Shown here in pieces: positions 1-12,341 of a stretch of 64,000 nucleotides of DNA. Within the stretch, counting starts at the first letter, position 1; the number at the start of each line of letters is the position of its first letter. A model generated the notes under the pieces. The model was given only the letters and a program-made list of their open reading frames with translations. It was not told the DNA's origin and ran no database searches. Position numbers and translations under genes: made by a program. The stretch comes from Somniosus microcephalus (taxonomy: Eukaryota): positions 95,604,001 to 95,668,000 of the forward strand of contig CM126215.1 of NCBI GenBank assembly GCA_052327205.1. The letters run 5' to 3'.

Positions 1-959
1 AAGGGGGAATTCTAACATTCCCCTTCATGTCAGAATCGTAGATTGAAGTGGATATTTGAATTGAAGTGTTTTTCGTAATGGGAGGGTCTGGAGTTCACTC
101 TGTGCCTCCGGCAAGTTGAGATCACTCGGCTGTGGGTAAGGCAGTGGGTATTCACTGCTGGAGATACTGGAATCACATTGGTCTCCAAGATCAGCATGTC
201 CAGAGTTAACCGCAGCAGCCACAGTCCTGTCAGCTGGTGCCGAGCTTGGCAATTAGAACATTTATTTAAGCTATGCAGAAGTATTCACTTGATGATGAGG
301 TTTAACAGGTCTCGCCTCAGAGCTTACACAGAACCAGCTGGGTTCCAGCAATCTGCAGGCATGAGTCAGTGAAGCCGAGGGCATAGAGTGCACCCAGACA
401 CTCGCTCCTTGGCTTTTCAGAGTGCTTACTTCACACATTCCACACAGTGGACACGTCGGGCTGATATCATTGAATACCAAAAGAGCACACAAAGGTTAAT
501 CAAATACCAAACCAGTAGTGTCATTTTAATAAAGTCTTTATTCAGAGGCTCTCTAGAATACCCCCACTGAATTCATTTAGTGGTGCTAATTCTTTAGGAA
601 TGAATCAAACAAAAACTAGCCAGACAGTTCCTTTTGGAAAACCATTAAAAATCCTAAAATCTTCAACAGTGAAATATAGATAGTAAAATCGATTTAAATT
701 TCTGCCCTCCTGCACTGTGCTCATCTATTCCTCTCCTTCACACCCACTCCCACGAGCCCTTTCACCTCCTACAACTTCCTGCAGCTGCTGACTGGGTCAA
801 ATCACTGACTTGCATATAATCGCAGTTCACTCTGCTCCTCAGCCAATGGAGAGTTCACTTCTAGCAAGAATATATTGGACCTCTCCTCAAGTGGGATGCA
901 CTGCACTGCACTGAGAAATTTACTGCAGTTCAGGTGGTGATTCCGAGTATCGAACAGTC

Positions 960-2079
960 CTGCCATTGTTTTCGGTCCCCTCCACAAATTCCGTTCCCTA
1001 GCCACTGACTCCATCCCTCTCCCTAACATCTGTCTGAGGCTGAACCACACTGTTCGCAACCTTGGTGTTGTAGGAGTCTACGTACTCCTAGCAAAAAATA
1101 CTGAACTCTTGAGAGGTTCAACAGAAAAGGTTTAATTGTTGAGGCTGCATGCTGAACACAAAATGGAGTCAGAGACTACACAAAGTACAACTGTCTTTCA
1201 TCAGTGCACAGCTTTGACTGCTCCTCCCCCGCTCTGGGCTTAACTATGTTGCAGATCGAGTTTCTTAAAGGTGTGATCCTTAAAGGCATGACGCCTGATT
1301 TATAGTCTACGGACCGGAAAGCGGATTGTGTCCGTTCTGTGATCGGTACGCCACAGTGTCATATTTGACCCTGAAATGAGCTTCCGACCACATATCCACA
1401 GCATAACAAAGACTGCCTATTTCCACCTCCGTAACATCGCCCGTCTCTGTCCTTGCCTCAGCTCATCCGCTGCTGAAACCCTCATCCATGCCTTTGTTAC
1501 CTCTAGACTTGACTATTCCAACGCACTCCTGGCTGGCCTTCCACATTCTATCCTACATAAACTTGAGGACATCCAAAACTCGGCTGCCCGTGTCCTAACT
1601 TGCACCAAGTCCCGTTCACCCATCACCCCTGTGCTTGCTGATCTACTTTGGTTCCCGGTTAAGCAACGCTTCGATTTCAAAATTCTCATCCTTGTTTTCA
1701 AATCCCTCCATGGCCTCACCCCTCCCTATCTCTGTAATCTCCTCCAGCCCCACAACCCCCCGAGATATCTGCGCTCCTCTAATTCTGCCCTTTTGAGCAT
1801 CCCTGATTATATTCACTCAACCATTGGTGGCCATGCCTTCTGTTGCCTAGGCCCTGAGCTCTGGAATTCCCTGCCTAAACCTCTCCGCCTCACTACCTCT
1901 CTTTCCTCCTTTAAGACGCTCGTTAAAACCCACCTCTTTGACCAAGCTTTTGGTCACCTGCCCTAATTTATCTTTAAGTGGCTCAGTGTTAAATTTTTTG
2001 TCTTCTAATACTCCTACGCAGCGCCTTGGGACGTTTTACTGCGTTAAAGGCGCTATATAAATACAAGTTGTTGTTGTTG
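960..2079 (+). mobile_element. L2-clade LINE 3' fragment (ORF2 C-terminus + 3' UTR), interrupted by a solo LTR
   Basis: ORF 1376-1966 (AYFHLRNIARL...FVTSRLDYSNALL...LWNSLP) is typical L2 ORF2 C-terminus; ends in a (tgt)n tail; near-identical copies at ~20245-21195 and ~58360-59245. Confidence 0.9.
1069..1355 (-). mobile_element. Solo LTR (Gypsy-type), 287 bp
   Basis: TG...CA termini; 4-bp TSD GTGT (1065-1068/1356-1359). Removing it restores 'aaccttggtgtcatatttgacc', as in the uninterrupted L2 copy at ~58526. ATTAAA on the minus strand (~1131) suggests the orientation. Confidence 0.85.
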
Positions 2080-2225
2080 CCTATTTAACTCCTTAAGTAC
2101 TGATCCGCTGAGCTTGGTACTTTCCAAATAAGTTACTTGTATTTATATAACACCTTATCCTATTGAAGTGTTCAAAGTGCTTTTCATACAGTGAATTACT
2201 TTTTGAAATGCAGTGACTTATTATT

Positions 2226-3780
2226 GAATCATAGAATCATACAGCACAGAAGACGGCCATTAGGCCCATTGTGTCTGTTGGCTCTTTGAAAGAGCTATTT
2301 AATTATTCCTACTGTTCTGCCCTTTTCCCATAGCTCTGCAAATTTCATTTTTTCAAGTATATATTGAATTCCTTTTTGAAAGTTACTATTGAAACTGCTT
2401 CCTCCACATCTTCAGGCAATGCATTTCAGGTTGTAACAACTCGCTGCATTAAAAAAAAATCCCCTCTCCCCTAGATTTTTTTGCCAATTATTTTAAATCT
2501 GTGTCCTCTGGTTACCGACCCTCCTGTCAGTGGAAACGGTTTTACCTTATTTACTCTATCAAAACCCCTCATAATTTTGAACAGCACTATTAAATCTCTC
2601 CTTAACCTTCTCTGCGCTAAGGAGAATAATACCAGCTTATCCAGTCTCTCCTGTAACTGAAAACTTTCATCCCTGGCACCATTCTGGTAAATCTCCTCTG
2701 CACCCTCTCCAAGGCCTTGACATCCTTCCTCAAGTTTGGTGCCCAGAATTGGAAACAATACTCTAGCTGAGGCCTAACCAGTGAGGATAACAGTTTACCA
2801 TAACTTCCTTGCTTTTGTACACTTTGGGCTGGATTTTCTGAATGGAGGCGAGTTGGAGGCGGGACTGCTGCTTGCCGTATCAATGTCCCGCCTCCATCCT
2901 CGCCTGACCAACCAGAGGGATTTTCCCCTGATTGACCTTGTTAAGCCCGCCCTGCGGGCTCAGCAGGCCAATTAGGGGGGAAGTCACTGACTGAGCACGT
3001 CAACGTCTGTCAAGACTTCTTGAAAGAAGAAATGTCAGTGTTTGACAGCTCTGTGAAGCTGTCAGACACTGACATTCTCTTTAGTTTGATGAGTCCTTGT
3101 GTTCAGGACTCCTCAAACCTTTCAACTTTGTAAATTTCAGATGGCTGCTGGATCGGAGGATCCAACAGCCAGTCTGTGAAATCGACAACGAGGATGTCGG
3201 GTCCCCTGATCCAGAGAGGATGAAGGCTGTAGGAAGAAAACAAGGTAAGTGAACATTTTTATCACTCACCTTACATACTTACCACTCCACACTTGCACCC
3301 ATCACTCACCTCTACATCTTACTTCCAGGTGCCTCCAACAGCTGCAGACCTCCTTCACGTCTCCTCCAACCCGGCAGGGTTCTCCAAGGTCGGGAGGCCT
3401 TCACCTGTGAAGGTAAAATGGCACTAATCCTTTTTTTTTGCCTGTTAACTACCTGTTAACAGGTAGTTAAAAGTATTTAATGCCTTTCCCGCCTCCAGGA
3501 GACGGGACCCAAAGCAGCACATCTTCCCGCCTTCTGGCAAAAGGGCACGGAGGTGGGATGGGGGCGGGTTTGCCATCCGCCCCCACCTTCTGCTAATTTA
3601 CCGGCAGGCCCGCCTCCATGCCCGCCTCCACAGTGCTTGGAAAATCCAGCCCTTTGACTCTATTTATAAAGCCCAGAATCCCATAAGCTTTTTTAACAGC
3701 CTTATCAACTTGTCCTGCCACCTTCAAAGAACTCCCAAGTATCTCTGCCCCTGCACTGCATTTAAAATTTTACCATTTAA
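2226..3780 (-). mobile_element. CR1-clade LINE 3' fragment, split by a MITE
   Basis: Minus-strand peptides [15 protein letters not shown]...[12 protein letters not shown] and RRLRRDLI...TRGHRFK; (attct)n-type tail at ~2226; resumes at 3656 after the MITE. Confidence 0.85.
2826..3652 (+). mobile_element. Non-autonomous PIF/Harbinger element (MITE family A), copy 1
   Basis: TIR gggctggatttt...aaaatccagccc; 3-bp TSD TTT; colinear with copies at 27268-28064 and 60958-61784. Confidence 0.88.
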
Positions 3781-4576
3781 TTTATTAGGTAGATATATTG
3801 GGTTATGTAGGTAACTATTTGGGGGTTGTGCTCCCTTAGCCAGGGAAAGATATGCCAATGAGAGACAATGGGGGGGATGTAAGAAACAGGGCTGGGGGTG
3901 GAGATAAATTGAAGTGGTGAACTTACATACTTCCTGCCCAATCTAGCCGACTGCAAGGACACCCACCCAAAGCTGGCAGGGTCCTTCCATCCTACCATGC
4001 GGATTGGCCTCCGATGGCATCATCAGAGCCAACTTCAGTATTGACCTGAGTGAGGCAGCAGTCCTCCTGGGAGCTGGATCGAGAGCCAGAAGAGACCCAG
4101 GGAAGTTTAATCTTTCAAAGGTTTGCTTGTGGGCCAAGAGGAGAAGGATTGCTCTTCTGGGCCCCACAAGGAAACCTTGGGCATCCCCTCGACCGCAAAG
4201 CCCCTTTTCCCCCTGCCCCCCATCCACTTGCCTTACTGCTAGGTACCGTTTTGTCAGTACTCTGCGGTGGGCTCCTGCTGTCTGAATTGCCACTCCATCC
4301 CGCCAGTCAGGAGGCGATTCCCATTATGGAAATGTGGCCTCAGGCGATGCAGGAAAAATTGTTGTTGTGTAAGGTTAAAAAATAATCAGAAAGTCACAAT
4401 CAGCAAGCTCAAAGCATTATAACACACAAATCCCAACTATGTGAGTGCCTGCAGTTGAGCGCTCCTTTAAATCCAGTTTCCTGTCAGTCAGGTTGTGAAA
4501 CCTCATCCTGCAAAGTTTTACTTAACGGATTTTCTGCGGGTGGGACTTCGAACTCGCCCGGTTAAAACCATTACAT

Positions 4577-5295
4577 TGTGGCGGTCCCATTGGTTGTCCT
4601 TTACATTGAGATACATAATTCCCTTTAACTTAACTTACTTATGTATGTATAACTTACTTAATTGTATGTACTTAACTTACTTATTTGTATAACTTACCAG
4701 TTGGGGCTGTGCCCCTTTAACTTACCTGTTGGGCCGTTGCCCCTTTAAGAGGCGACCTAACGCGCTGACGTCACGCATCATGTGACGCATGCGCGTCGGC
4801 CGCCGGCCCGACTCGGGTTTCCTAGACGGCCGCGGGCACAGCCCGAGCTACGGCGACTTCGGCCGCATCGGCCAGCAGGCGGGAGCGAAGCGATCCTCCA
4901 CTCCCGCGGCAAGTACCGGCACAGCCCAGCCTCGCAACCTTGGCCTCAAAGGCCAGCCTCCGTACCGGGGAGATGTACCGATGCAACGGCGCAGGTCACG
5001 TGACCGCCTAAGCGCACGCGAATGTGCTGACGTCACGATGCGGTCACGCGACGCCCAAAGCGCGGGAATATAGAGCAGAACGCAATGAGGTCATGACGCT
5101 CCCCACGGGACTGGGAACTCAGTCCTTGTGGAGTCCCCGCTGGGACAAGACCTACAACATGGTGCTCCTGCAGTCAGCCATCTTACCTGCTACCTTACCT
5201 GCTGTAATTATCCTGTTCTGGTAAATAAACAACTTATTTATAGTTCATCGAAGTTAAACTCTTTCATTTAGTGGCGATTTACACGAACCGCTACA
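4577..5295 (+). mobile_element. Solo LTR (Gypsy-type), 719 bp, CpG-rich
   Basis: Inverted termini tgtggcggt...accgctaca; 4-bp TSD ACAT (4573-4576/5296-5299); AATAAA at 5224-5229. Confidence 0.85.
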
Positions 5296-5369
5296 ACATC
5301 ATATTTACATTTGCGATTTCCATCAGAGTCAGCTCCTTTGTTAAAATGCTTTGAGGCGGTAACGATTTT

Positions 5370-5740
5370 TAAAATATTCGTTCACGGGATGTGGGCGTCG
5401 CTGGCTGGGCCAGCATTTATTGCCCATCCCTAATTGTCTTTGAGTGGCTTGCTAGGCCATTTGAGGGGCAGTTAAGAGTCAACCACATTGCTGTGGGTCT
5501 GGAGTCACATATAGGCCAGACCAGGTAAGGACGGCAGATTTCCTTCCCTAAAGGACATTAGTGAACCAGATGGGTTTTTATGACAATCATGTTTCATGGT
5601 CACCATTACTGATACTAGCTTTTTATTCCAGATTTATTTAATTAACTGAATTTAAATTCCCCAGCTGCCGTGGTGAGATTTGAATGCCTGTCTCTGGATC
5701 ATTAGTCCGGGCCTCTGGATTACTAGTCCAGTAACATAGT
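5370..5740 (-). mobile_element. tRNA-derived SINE with LINE-derived 3' tail
   Basis: Minus-strand tRNA-like head (ggactagtaatccagagg...ttcaaatctcacc); tail 'gggatgggcaataaatgctggc...gcgacgcccacatccc' shared with the LINE end at ~9170-9230. Confidence 0.7.
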
Positions 5741-6374
5741 TAGTTTTGCTATTTTAACTGCTCACCTGCCCCTGTCCCACCGAAGCCCATGTTTTTTGTG
5801 TACTGGTTGAACTGTTTCAGAAAAGCTATCTCACTAAATTTGACAATTTGAAATAATATCTATTGGTTATATATAGGATCCATAATATTCTATTGGAGCA
5901 AATTGAGAAATGTGGGATTCTTGCGAATTTTTAAAACATTTTTGTGGGAAGACAAATGAGAAACTTTTTAGACTGGAGCTGACTAACGCAGCAGAATAGT
6001 TACGATGTCAGGCAACAGACACCAAACGCAGCAGAACCAGCTGAAACAAGTGCTTCCACATTGATGGATGGGTCAGTTGATAGTGGGAAATGCAATAGTG
6101 TGCATTCCAAATTCTACCGTTACTCACTCCGACCTGCGGTCTCTTCTATAAAGATAAATGTGATGACACAGTGACTGATACTGTTCAGTTTAGTGATGAG
6201 GTGGTCAGACTTCCTCATATGCAGCATTCCTAGCAGAAACAGCCTGTTTCAAATCCCTGTTTGAATCATTCCCAGTGGTAAGACCCAATGCAGTCATTCA
6301 ACTTACAATTTGATAGTGTTACTGCCGATTGTGGTTTGTGGAAGTTGCACTGCAGCTCACATTTTTCAACAGCG

Positions 6375-8182
6375 CTGTTGGTGTTCTCGCCCGATTTCAG
6401 GTCCTGTTGGTGTTCTCGCCCGATTTCAGGTCCTGTTGGTGTTCTCGCCCGATTTCCGGTCCCATTGGTGTTCTCGCCCGATTTCAGGTCCTGTTGGTGT
6501 TCTCGCCCGATTTCAGGTCCCGTTAGTGTTCTCGCCCGATTTCCGGTCCCATTGGTGTTCTCGCCCGATTTCAGGTCCTGTTGGTGTTCTCGCCCGATTT
6601 CAGGTCCCGTTGGTGTTCTCGCCCGATTTCAGGTCCTGTTGGTGTTCTCGCCCGATTTCCGGTCCCGTTGGTGTTCTCGCCCGATTTCCGGTCCCGTTGG
6701 TGTTCTCGCCCGATTTCAGGTCCCGTTGGTGTTCTCGCCCGATTTCAGGTCCCGTTGGTGTTCTCGCCCGATTTCAGGTCCCGTTGGTGTTCTCGCCCGA
6801 TTTCAGGTCCTGTTGGTGTTCTCGCCCGATTTCAGGTCCCGTTGGTGTTCTCGCCCGATTTCAGGTCCTGTTGGTGTTCTCGCCCGATTTCAGGTCCCGT
6901 TGGTGTTCTCGCCCGATTTCAGGTCCCGTTGGTGTTCTCGCCCGATTTCAGGTCCCGTTGGTGTTCTCGCCCGATTTCAGGTCCCGTTGGTGTTCTCGCC
7001 CGATTTCAGGTCCCGTTGGTGTTCTCGCCCGATTTTCAGGTCCTGTTGGTGTTCTCGCCCGATTTCAGGTCCTGTTGGTGTTCTCGCCCGATTTCAGGTC
7101 CTGTTGGTGTTCTCGCCCGATTTTCAGGTCCTGTTGGTGTTCTCGCCCGATTTCAGGTCCTGTTGGTGTTCTCGCCCGATTTCAGGTCCTGTTGGTGTTC
7201 TCGCCCGATTTCAGGTCCTGTTGGTGTTCTCGCCCGATTTCAGGTCCTGTTGGTGTTCTCGCCCGATTTCAGGTCCTGTTGGTGTTCTCGCCCGATTTCA
7301 GGTCCTGTTGGTGTTCTCGCCCGATTTCAGGTCCCGTTGGTGTTCTCGCCCGATTTCAGGTCCCGTTAGTGTTCTCGCCCGATTTCAGGTCCCGTTGGTG
7401 TTCTCGCCCGATTTCAGGTCCCGTTGGTGTTCTCGCCCGATTTCAGGTTCCGTTGGTGTTCTCGCCCGATTTCAGGTCCCATTAGTGTTCTCGCCCGATT
7501 TCAGGTCCCGTTGGTGTTCTCGCCCGATTTCAGGTCCCGTTGGTGTTCTCGCCCGATTTCAGGTCCTGTTGGTGTTCTCGCCCGATTTCAGGTCCTGTTG
7601 GTGTTCTCGCCCGATTTCAGGTCCCGTTGGTGTTCTCGCCCGATTTCAGGTCCCGTTGGTGTTCTCGCCCGATTTCAGGTCCTGTTGGTGTTCTCGCCCG
7701 ATTTCAGGTCCTGTTGGTGTTCTCGCCCGATTTCAGGTCCTGTTGGTGTTCTCGCCCGATTTCAGGTCCTGTTGGTGTTCTCGCCCGATTTCAGGTCCCG
7801 TTGGTGTTCTCGCCCGATTTCAGGTCCCGTTGGTGTTCTCGCCCGATTTCAGGTCCCGTTGGTGTTCTCGCCCGATTTCAGGTCCTGTTGGTGTTCTCGC
7901 CCGATTTCAGGTCCCGTTGGTGTTCTCGCCCGATTTCAGGTCCCGTTGGTGTTCTCGCCCGATTTCAGGTTCCGTTGGTGTTCTCGCCCGATTTCAGGTC
8001 CCGTTGGTGTTCTCGCCCGATTTCAGGTCCCGTTGGTGTTCTCGCCCGATTTCAGGTCCCGTTGGTGTTCTCGCCCGATTTCAGGTCCCGTTGGTGTTCT
8101 CGCCCGATTTCAGGTCCCGTTGGTGTTCTCGCCCGATTTCAGGTCCTGTTGGTGTTCTCGCCTGATTTCAGGTGCTGTTGGT
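6375..8182. repeat. 29-bp minisatellite, ~62 copies
   Basis: Unit (t/c)gttggtgttctcgcccgatttcaggtcc repeated head-to-tail with no spacers; a few point variants and two 30-bp units. Confidence 0.98.
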
Positions 8183-9039
8183 CACACTATCGCTGCTCTG
8201 GAATAGGCGGACATGAAGGTAGAAGCTCCCCAACGGGTAAATTTCATGTTAGAATGCTTAATGTGCTTGTACTACATTCCTGTGTGGGCTGTTTTTATGC
8301 TGGTGTTAACTTGTTTAAAATAAGCAGGTTAGCATCTTTCCTAAAATAATGCTGGCCAGAATTTGGTGCTGGTACACTGAGCGTTTGTACCAAGCGATTG
8401 TAGATTGGAAAATCTACCCTGTACATCTTTGTCATTTAAGCCTAGAAAATACTGTAATGAACGTTTAATGCACTTGTATCATATTCCCTTTAGCTGCTTG
8501 TTTAATGGAATTTAAAATAATGCCTGCTTTAAAATAGTGGACAGACGAATGTCATCCAAATGCAGAGGTTTTTGTCTGCATCAGCAGTAGGTTCTGGACT
8601 TGAATTAAGAGAATACAAGGAAGTGAAGCCATCTTCTTTCTCATCAGGCTTCTTATAAAAATAATCAGTGAATCCATTGATCCCTGGTTAATGCTCATAG
8701 AAACTGGTCTGTGTAGCTTTGCTGCAAGCCCTTGTTCCAGCCCCAACAGTGAGGTTTCCTGGCTCCTTGCATGTGTTGTACATGGAGAAACACACAGTCA
8801 GCATATTCATATGTAAACAGAGTTGAAGTGATCAAAGTGCAAAGGACAATTAGTTGAGTGTTTTTCTTCCTTTAGCCTCTCATACTAGGGTTAACAGTGA
8901 TCTCTCAGTCCCAGGAGTCCATATGTAAACAGTAGGTTGAAATAGTAATTTCAGCGGTTTCAAGAGCCCGTAATGCATGCGTTCAGGGGTCCAGTCATTT
9001 TGCAGACAGTTTGACCGAGACAATCAAGATTTCACTATA

Positions 9040-9640
9040 AGCAAAAAGCAAAATACTGCAGATGCTAGAAATAGGAAATGGAAAAAAACAGGAAACATCA
9101 GCAGGTTCGGCAGCATCTGTGAAAAGGACAAGAGTTGATTTTTTTTTTTAAATGATCATTTTTTAAAAATTTGTTCCTGGGATGTGGGCGTCGCTGGCAA
9201 GGCCAGCATTTATTGCCCATCCCTAGTGGCTCTTGAGAAGGTGGCGGTGAGCCGCGTTCTTGACCCGTGTGGTGAAGATACTCCCACAGTGCTGTTAGGG
9301 AGGGAGTTCCAGGATTTTGACCCAGCGACAATGAAGAAACAGCGATATATTTCCACCTCGGGATGGTGTGAGACTTGGAGGTGGTGGTGTTGCCATGTGC
9401 CTGCTGCCCTTGTCTTTCTAGAGGTCGCGGGTTTGGGAGATGCTGTCGAAAAAAATGAATTATAAAAATAAGCCATTGAAGATTAAGTGAATCAAACTAA
9501 AATAAACGCAATCTATTCCAATAGGTTGTAATATCTGTAATATCTTCTAGTTCTGAGGAAGGGTTTATACCTGAAATGTTTACTCCGGTTCTCGCCACAG
9601 AATGCTGCTTGACCTGCTGAGTGTTTCCAGCATTTTGTGT
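9040..9640. mobile_element. Inverted pair of degenerate Penelope-type terminal repeats with a LINE fragment between them
   Basis: 9040-9140 resembles 21691-21760; 9545-9640 is the reverse complement of the same terminal sequence. Confidence 0.55.
9165..9448 (-). mobile_element. LINE 3' end fragment (CR1/L2 group)
   Basis: Minus-strand FFIVAGSKSWNSLP ORF2-end motif followed by 3' UTR and A-rich tail. Confidence 0.7.
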
Positions 9641-10611
9641 ATCCAAGTTTCACTGTTGGGTTTGTCTTGAGACACAGTTTCATTGACTGTGTAACCTAAA
9701 TCTGACCAGAAATTAACCGAGTCCTCTGAGAAATTTGTGGTATATAATGCTGAATAGTTTCACTGATACCTTTAAACAAACTTGTGCTTGCCTAAAAACT
9801 GAAAAAATATTACAATCTATTGGAATAGATTGTGTTTATTTTAGTTTGATTTGCTTAATCTTTAATGGCTTATTTTCATAATTCATAATTGACCCATCAC
9901 ATGTATGTGCAATGTGCTACTTTGTTTTATTCCAGTAGTTGCACGTACCCATAAGCCATTCTGAAGTTTTGCATAAATGAGAAGCTCTGCTGCCATCTCC
10001 TTCCATCCAGTGCCAGTGCAGTTGAGGCACTCTATGCAGCTGCTCAGTCAGAAAACAGCTAAAACCTGCCTCAACTGTGGCAGGAAGAATAGTGTGATGC
10101 ACAGCTATGGGCCTAGAAACTCGAGGATTTGGTTGGAGGCAGGCACTTATCTAATCTGCTTATGGGCCACATGCAGTCAGTCAATTATTTATTTATCTCT
10201 TTGTCAGTGGCATCCCATTAAGGTGTGGAAGTTTATTTTCAATGAGTTCCAGTCCTAGGGCGGTTAAAGACAAGGCAGGAGGCAGGAAAGTCTGACTAGC
10301 CCCCAAAAACCCAAGGCCTAAACAAGTTGCTTCAACCCCCTCACCCACCTTGCTTCAGTAAGCACAGTCATGCCAAGAAACCTGGATGTATCCGTGCACT
10401 CCTCCCGCAAGCACTGTGCAATCAAAAGGTACAATGGTTTCATAAAGTATATACCAATGTAAAAAAAAAAGTTGTTTGTAGCTTCAAAAATGATAAACAA
10501 GTTTTTAAAAGCTCTTTGTGGAGGGCTGAACATTAGAGTTATGACATAGCAATATAAGCACACAAGAATTTTTAAGAACAGGAATAGGTCATTAGGCCCA
10601 TCATTCCTGAG

Positions 10612-10780
10612 GGAAGAATTTCCATAGGATTTTCCCAATTTCCTGCTATAACTTCAGCAGAAGATTGGCAGAAACCCTGGAGAAATGTAAGTGGCCTCTT
10701 TTAGCCATTTATGCTAGTTCTTGAAGGTTCCACTAAAGTTACAGCAGGAAATTTGGAGAATCCCTGTGGAAATTCCAGGT
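10612..10780. mobile_element. Short palindromic MITE-like element
   Basis: ~40-bp imperfect inverted arms: aatttccataggattttcccaatttcctgctataactt / aagttacagcaggaaatttggagaatccctgtggaaatt. Confidence 0.55.
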
Positions 10781-11160
10781 GCTAGTCTTTCTGATTGATC
10801 TCTGCTCCACTTCTCTGTCTTCTTAACCTATCCCACAATCACTTTTCTTTCCAGAATTCTATCTAGTTCTCAAAGGTCTTCCCTGATAACATATTCCACA
10901 AATCTGTTACCTTTTGTGTAAAACAACGAGTTTGATTTCCTTTCTTGTTCCTGAATTTCCAATCTTTAACCGATCTCCCTGGTATTTGAACTTTTGGTCT
11001 TCACTATAACGAACAATTTGTCTGGATCAACTTTGTTTAAGTAAAACAAACAATGCTTTTAACAGAAAGTGAAAACAGACATGGTTCAGGTCTAAACTCT
11101 TGTATGAATCTGTAATGAGTTAGTGTTCATGGTGAATGTTGATTGTCATCTCTTTTCCAG

Positions 11161-11294
11161 TCCTCTTTGCTGTGTATGGCTGGTGTTCATGCTGGTGTGG
11201 TGTCAAATTTTCTGGGTGGCCGGATCAATGTTGTCATCAGTAAAGGCATTCCATACTACGAAAGCACTCTTGCAAATAATGTCTCCTCAAAACT
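11161..11294 (+). CDS. DCBLD2: DCBLD2 coding exon (LCCL domain): [44 protein letters not shown]
   Basis: ttccag| acceptor, |gtaagt donor, 134 bp; matches recalled vertebrate DCBLD2 [37 protein letters not shown]. Confidence 0.95.
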
Positions 11295-12341
11295 GTAAGT
11301 ACAATAATTGAGAAAAAACATTTAATGCTACTACCTTTTGCTTATAAAAGTGAAGTGGGGAGAGTCATAATCATGTAATATTTGCAAAATACAAAAAGGG
11401 GATGAAGTAAACTGTATTTGTGAGAGTAAAAGTATCATGTTAGCTTCTTTTTACTCTAGTTTCCTCCTCTTCATCCTTGCTGCCACATGCATTCCTCGCA
11501 GCTGAAAAGGCAGAGCAGGCCCAACTATCAGTGTTGCACCACAACAACTGTTGGCAGTCGTGCCAGGTCAGCTCAGTGAAGGTTCCCCATTGGATTTGCA
11601 CATTCTTTCCAATATCCTTTGTGTGAGTAGGACAGGTCGGGAGGAATGACTCCCCTGCCTGATACCTCACCTACAGCAGCACAGCTGAACCTGGGAGCTG
11701 AGAAAGCCAAGATAACAAGAAGAAAAAATGTGAATGTTGGTCAGCTGAGTGAAAATGGAACATGCTGGAAACGCACAGTTGGCTGATCAGCATCTTAAAG
11801 TTAAGGATTTGGATATGACCCTTCATCAAAACTGAAAGCTCGGTGAAGTGATGGCATTTGTACTCCAGTAAAAGTATTCTTTCCTTCCTGGACCCCATGC
11901 TAGCTGACATTGTAAATCGGTCCATTTCCTTAGGTACTTTCAAAACCGCCATCGTCATCTCCCTCCTCAAAAAAACCTACCTTTAATCCCTCTGTCCTTA
12001 CAATCTACCGCAATGGCCCAGAAATTCGGGTCGGGGACTTCCCGCGGGTGCAAGCCCCCGACCTACACTTACCTAGCGCGCTGGCAGTTGACCTCTTGGC
12101 CTGCATGGAATTCCTCTCCGAGGCCTGTCCCAGAGGCCGGCGCGCTATGCTGGCGTGTCCCAGGGGCGTAGTTAGTGCGAAGCGTCCCCTGGGATCACGT
12201 GAGCAACAGGCAGCCAATCGGAGCAGGGAATGCTCCATTCATAAGTCTTGACAGATAGACCTGTCAAAACGTATAAATGCTGAGGCTGTAAAACTGTACT
12301 TTACCTTCAAATAATTTTTTTTTTAAATCACACTTTGTAAA

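Noticed and set aside
6375-8182. CRISPR array
   Set aside because: The 29-bp units are contiguous with no unique spacers, there are no cas genes, and the context is vertebrate.
6288-8349. Long ORFs (up to 625 aa) over the array
   Set aside because: Artefact of a stop-free 29-bp unit cycling through all frames; no independent coding evidence.
1-11160. Earlier DCBLD2 exons (CUB domain, LCCL start)
   Set aside because: No matching exon found by eye; presumably upstream of the window.
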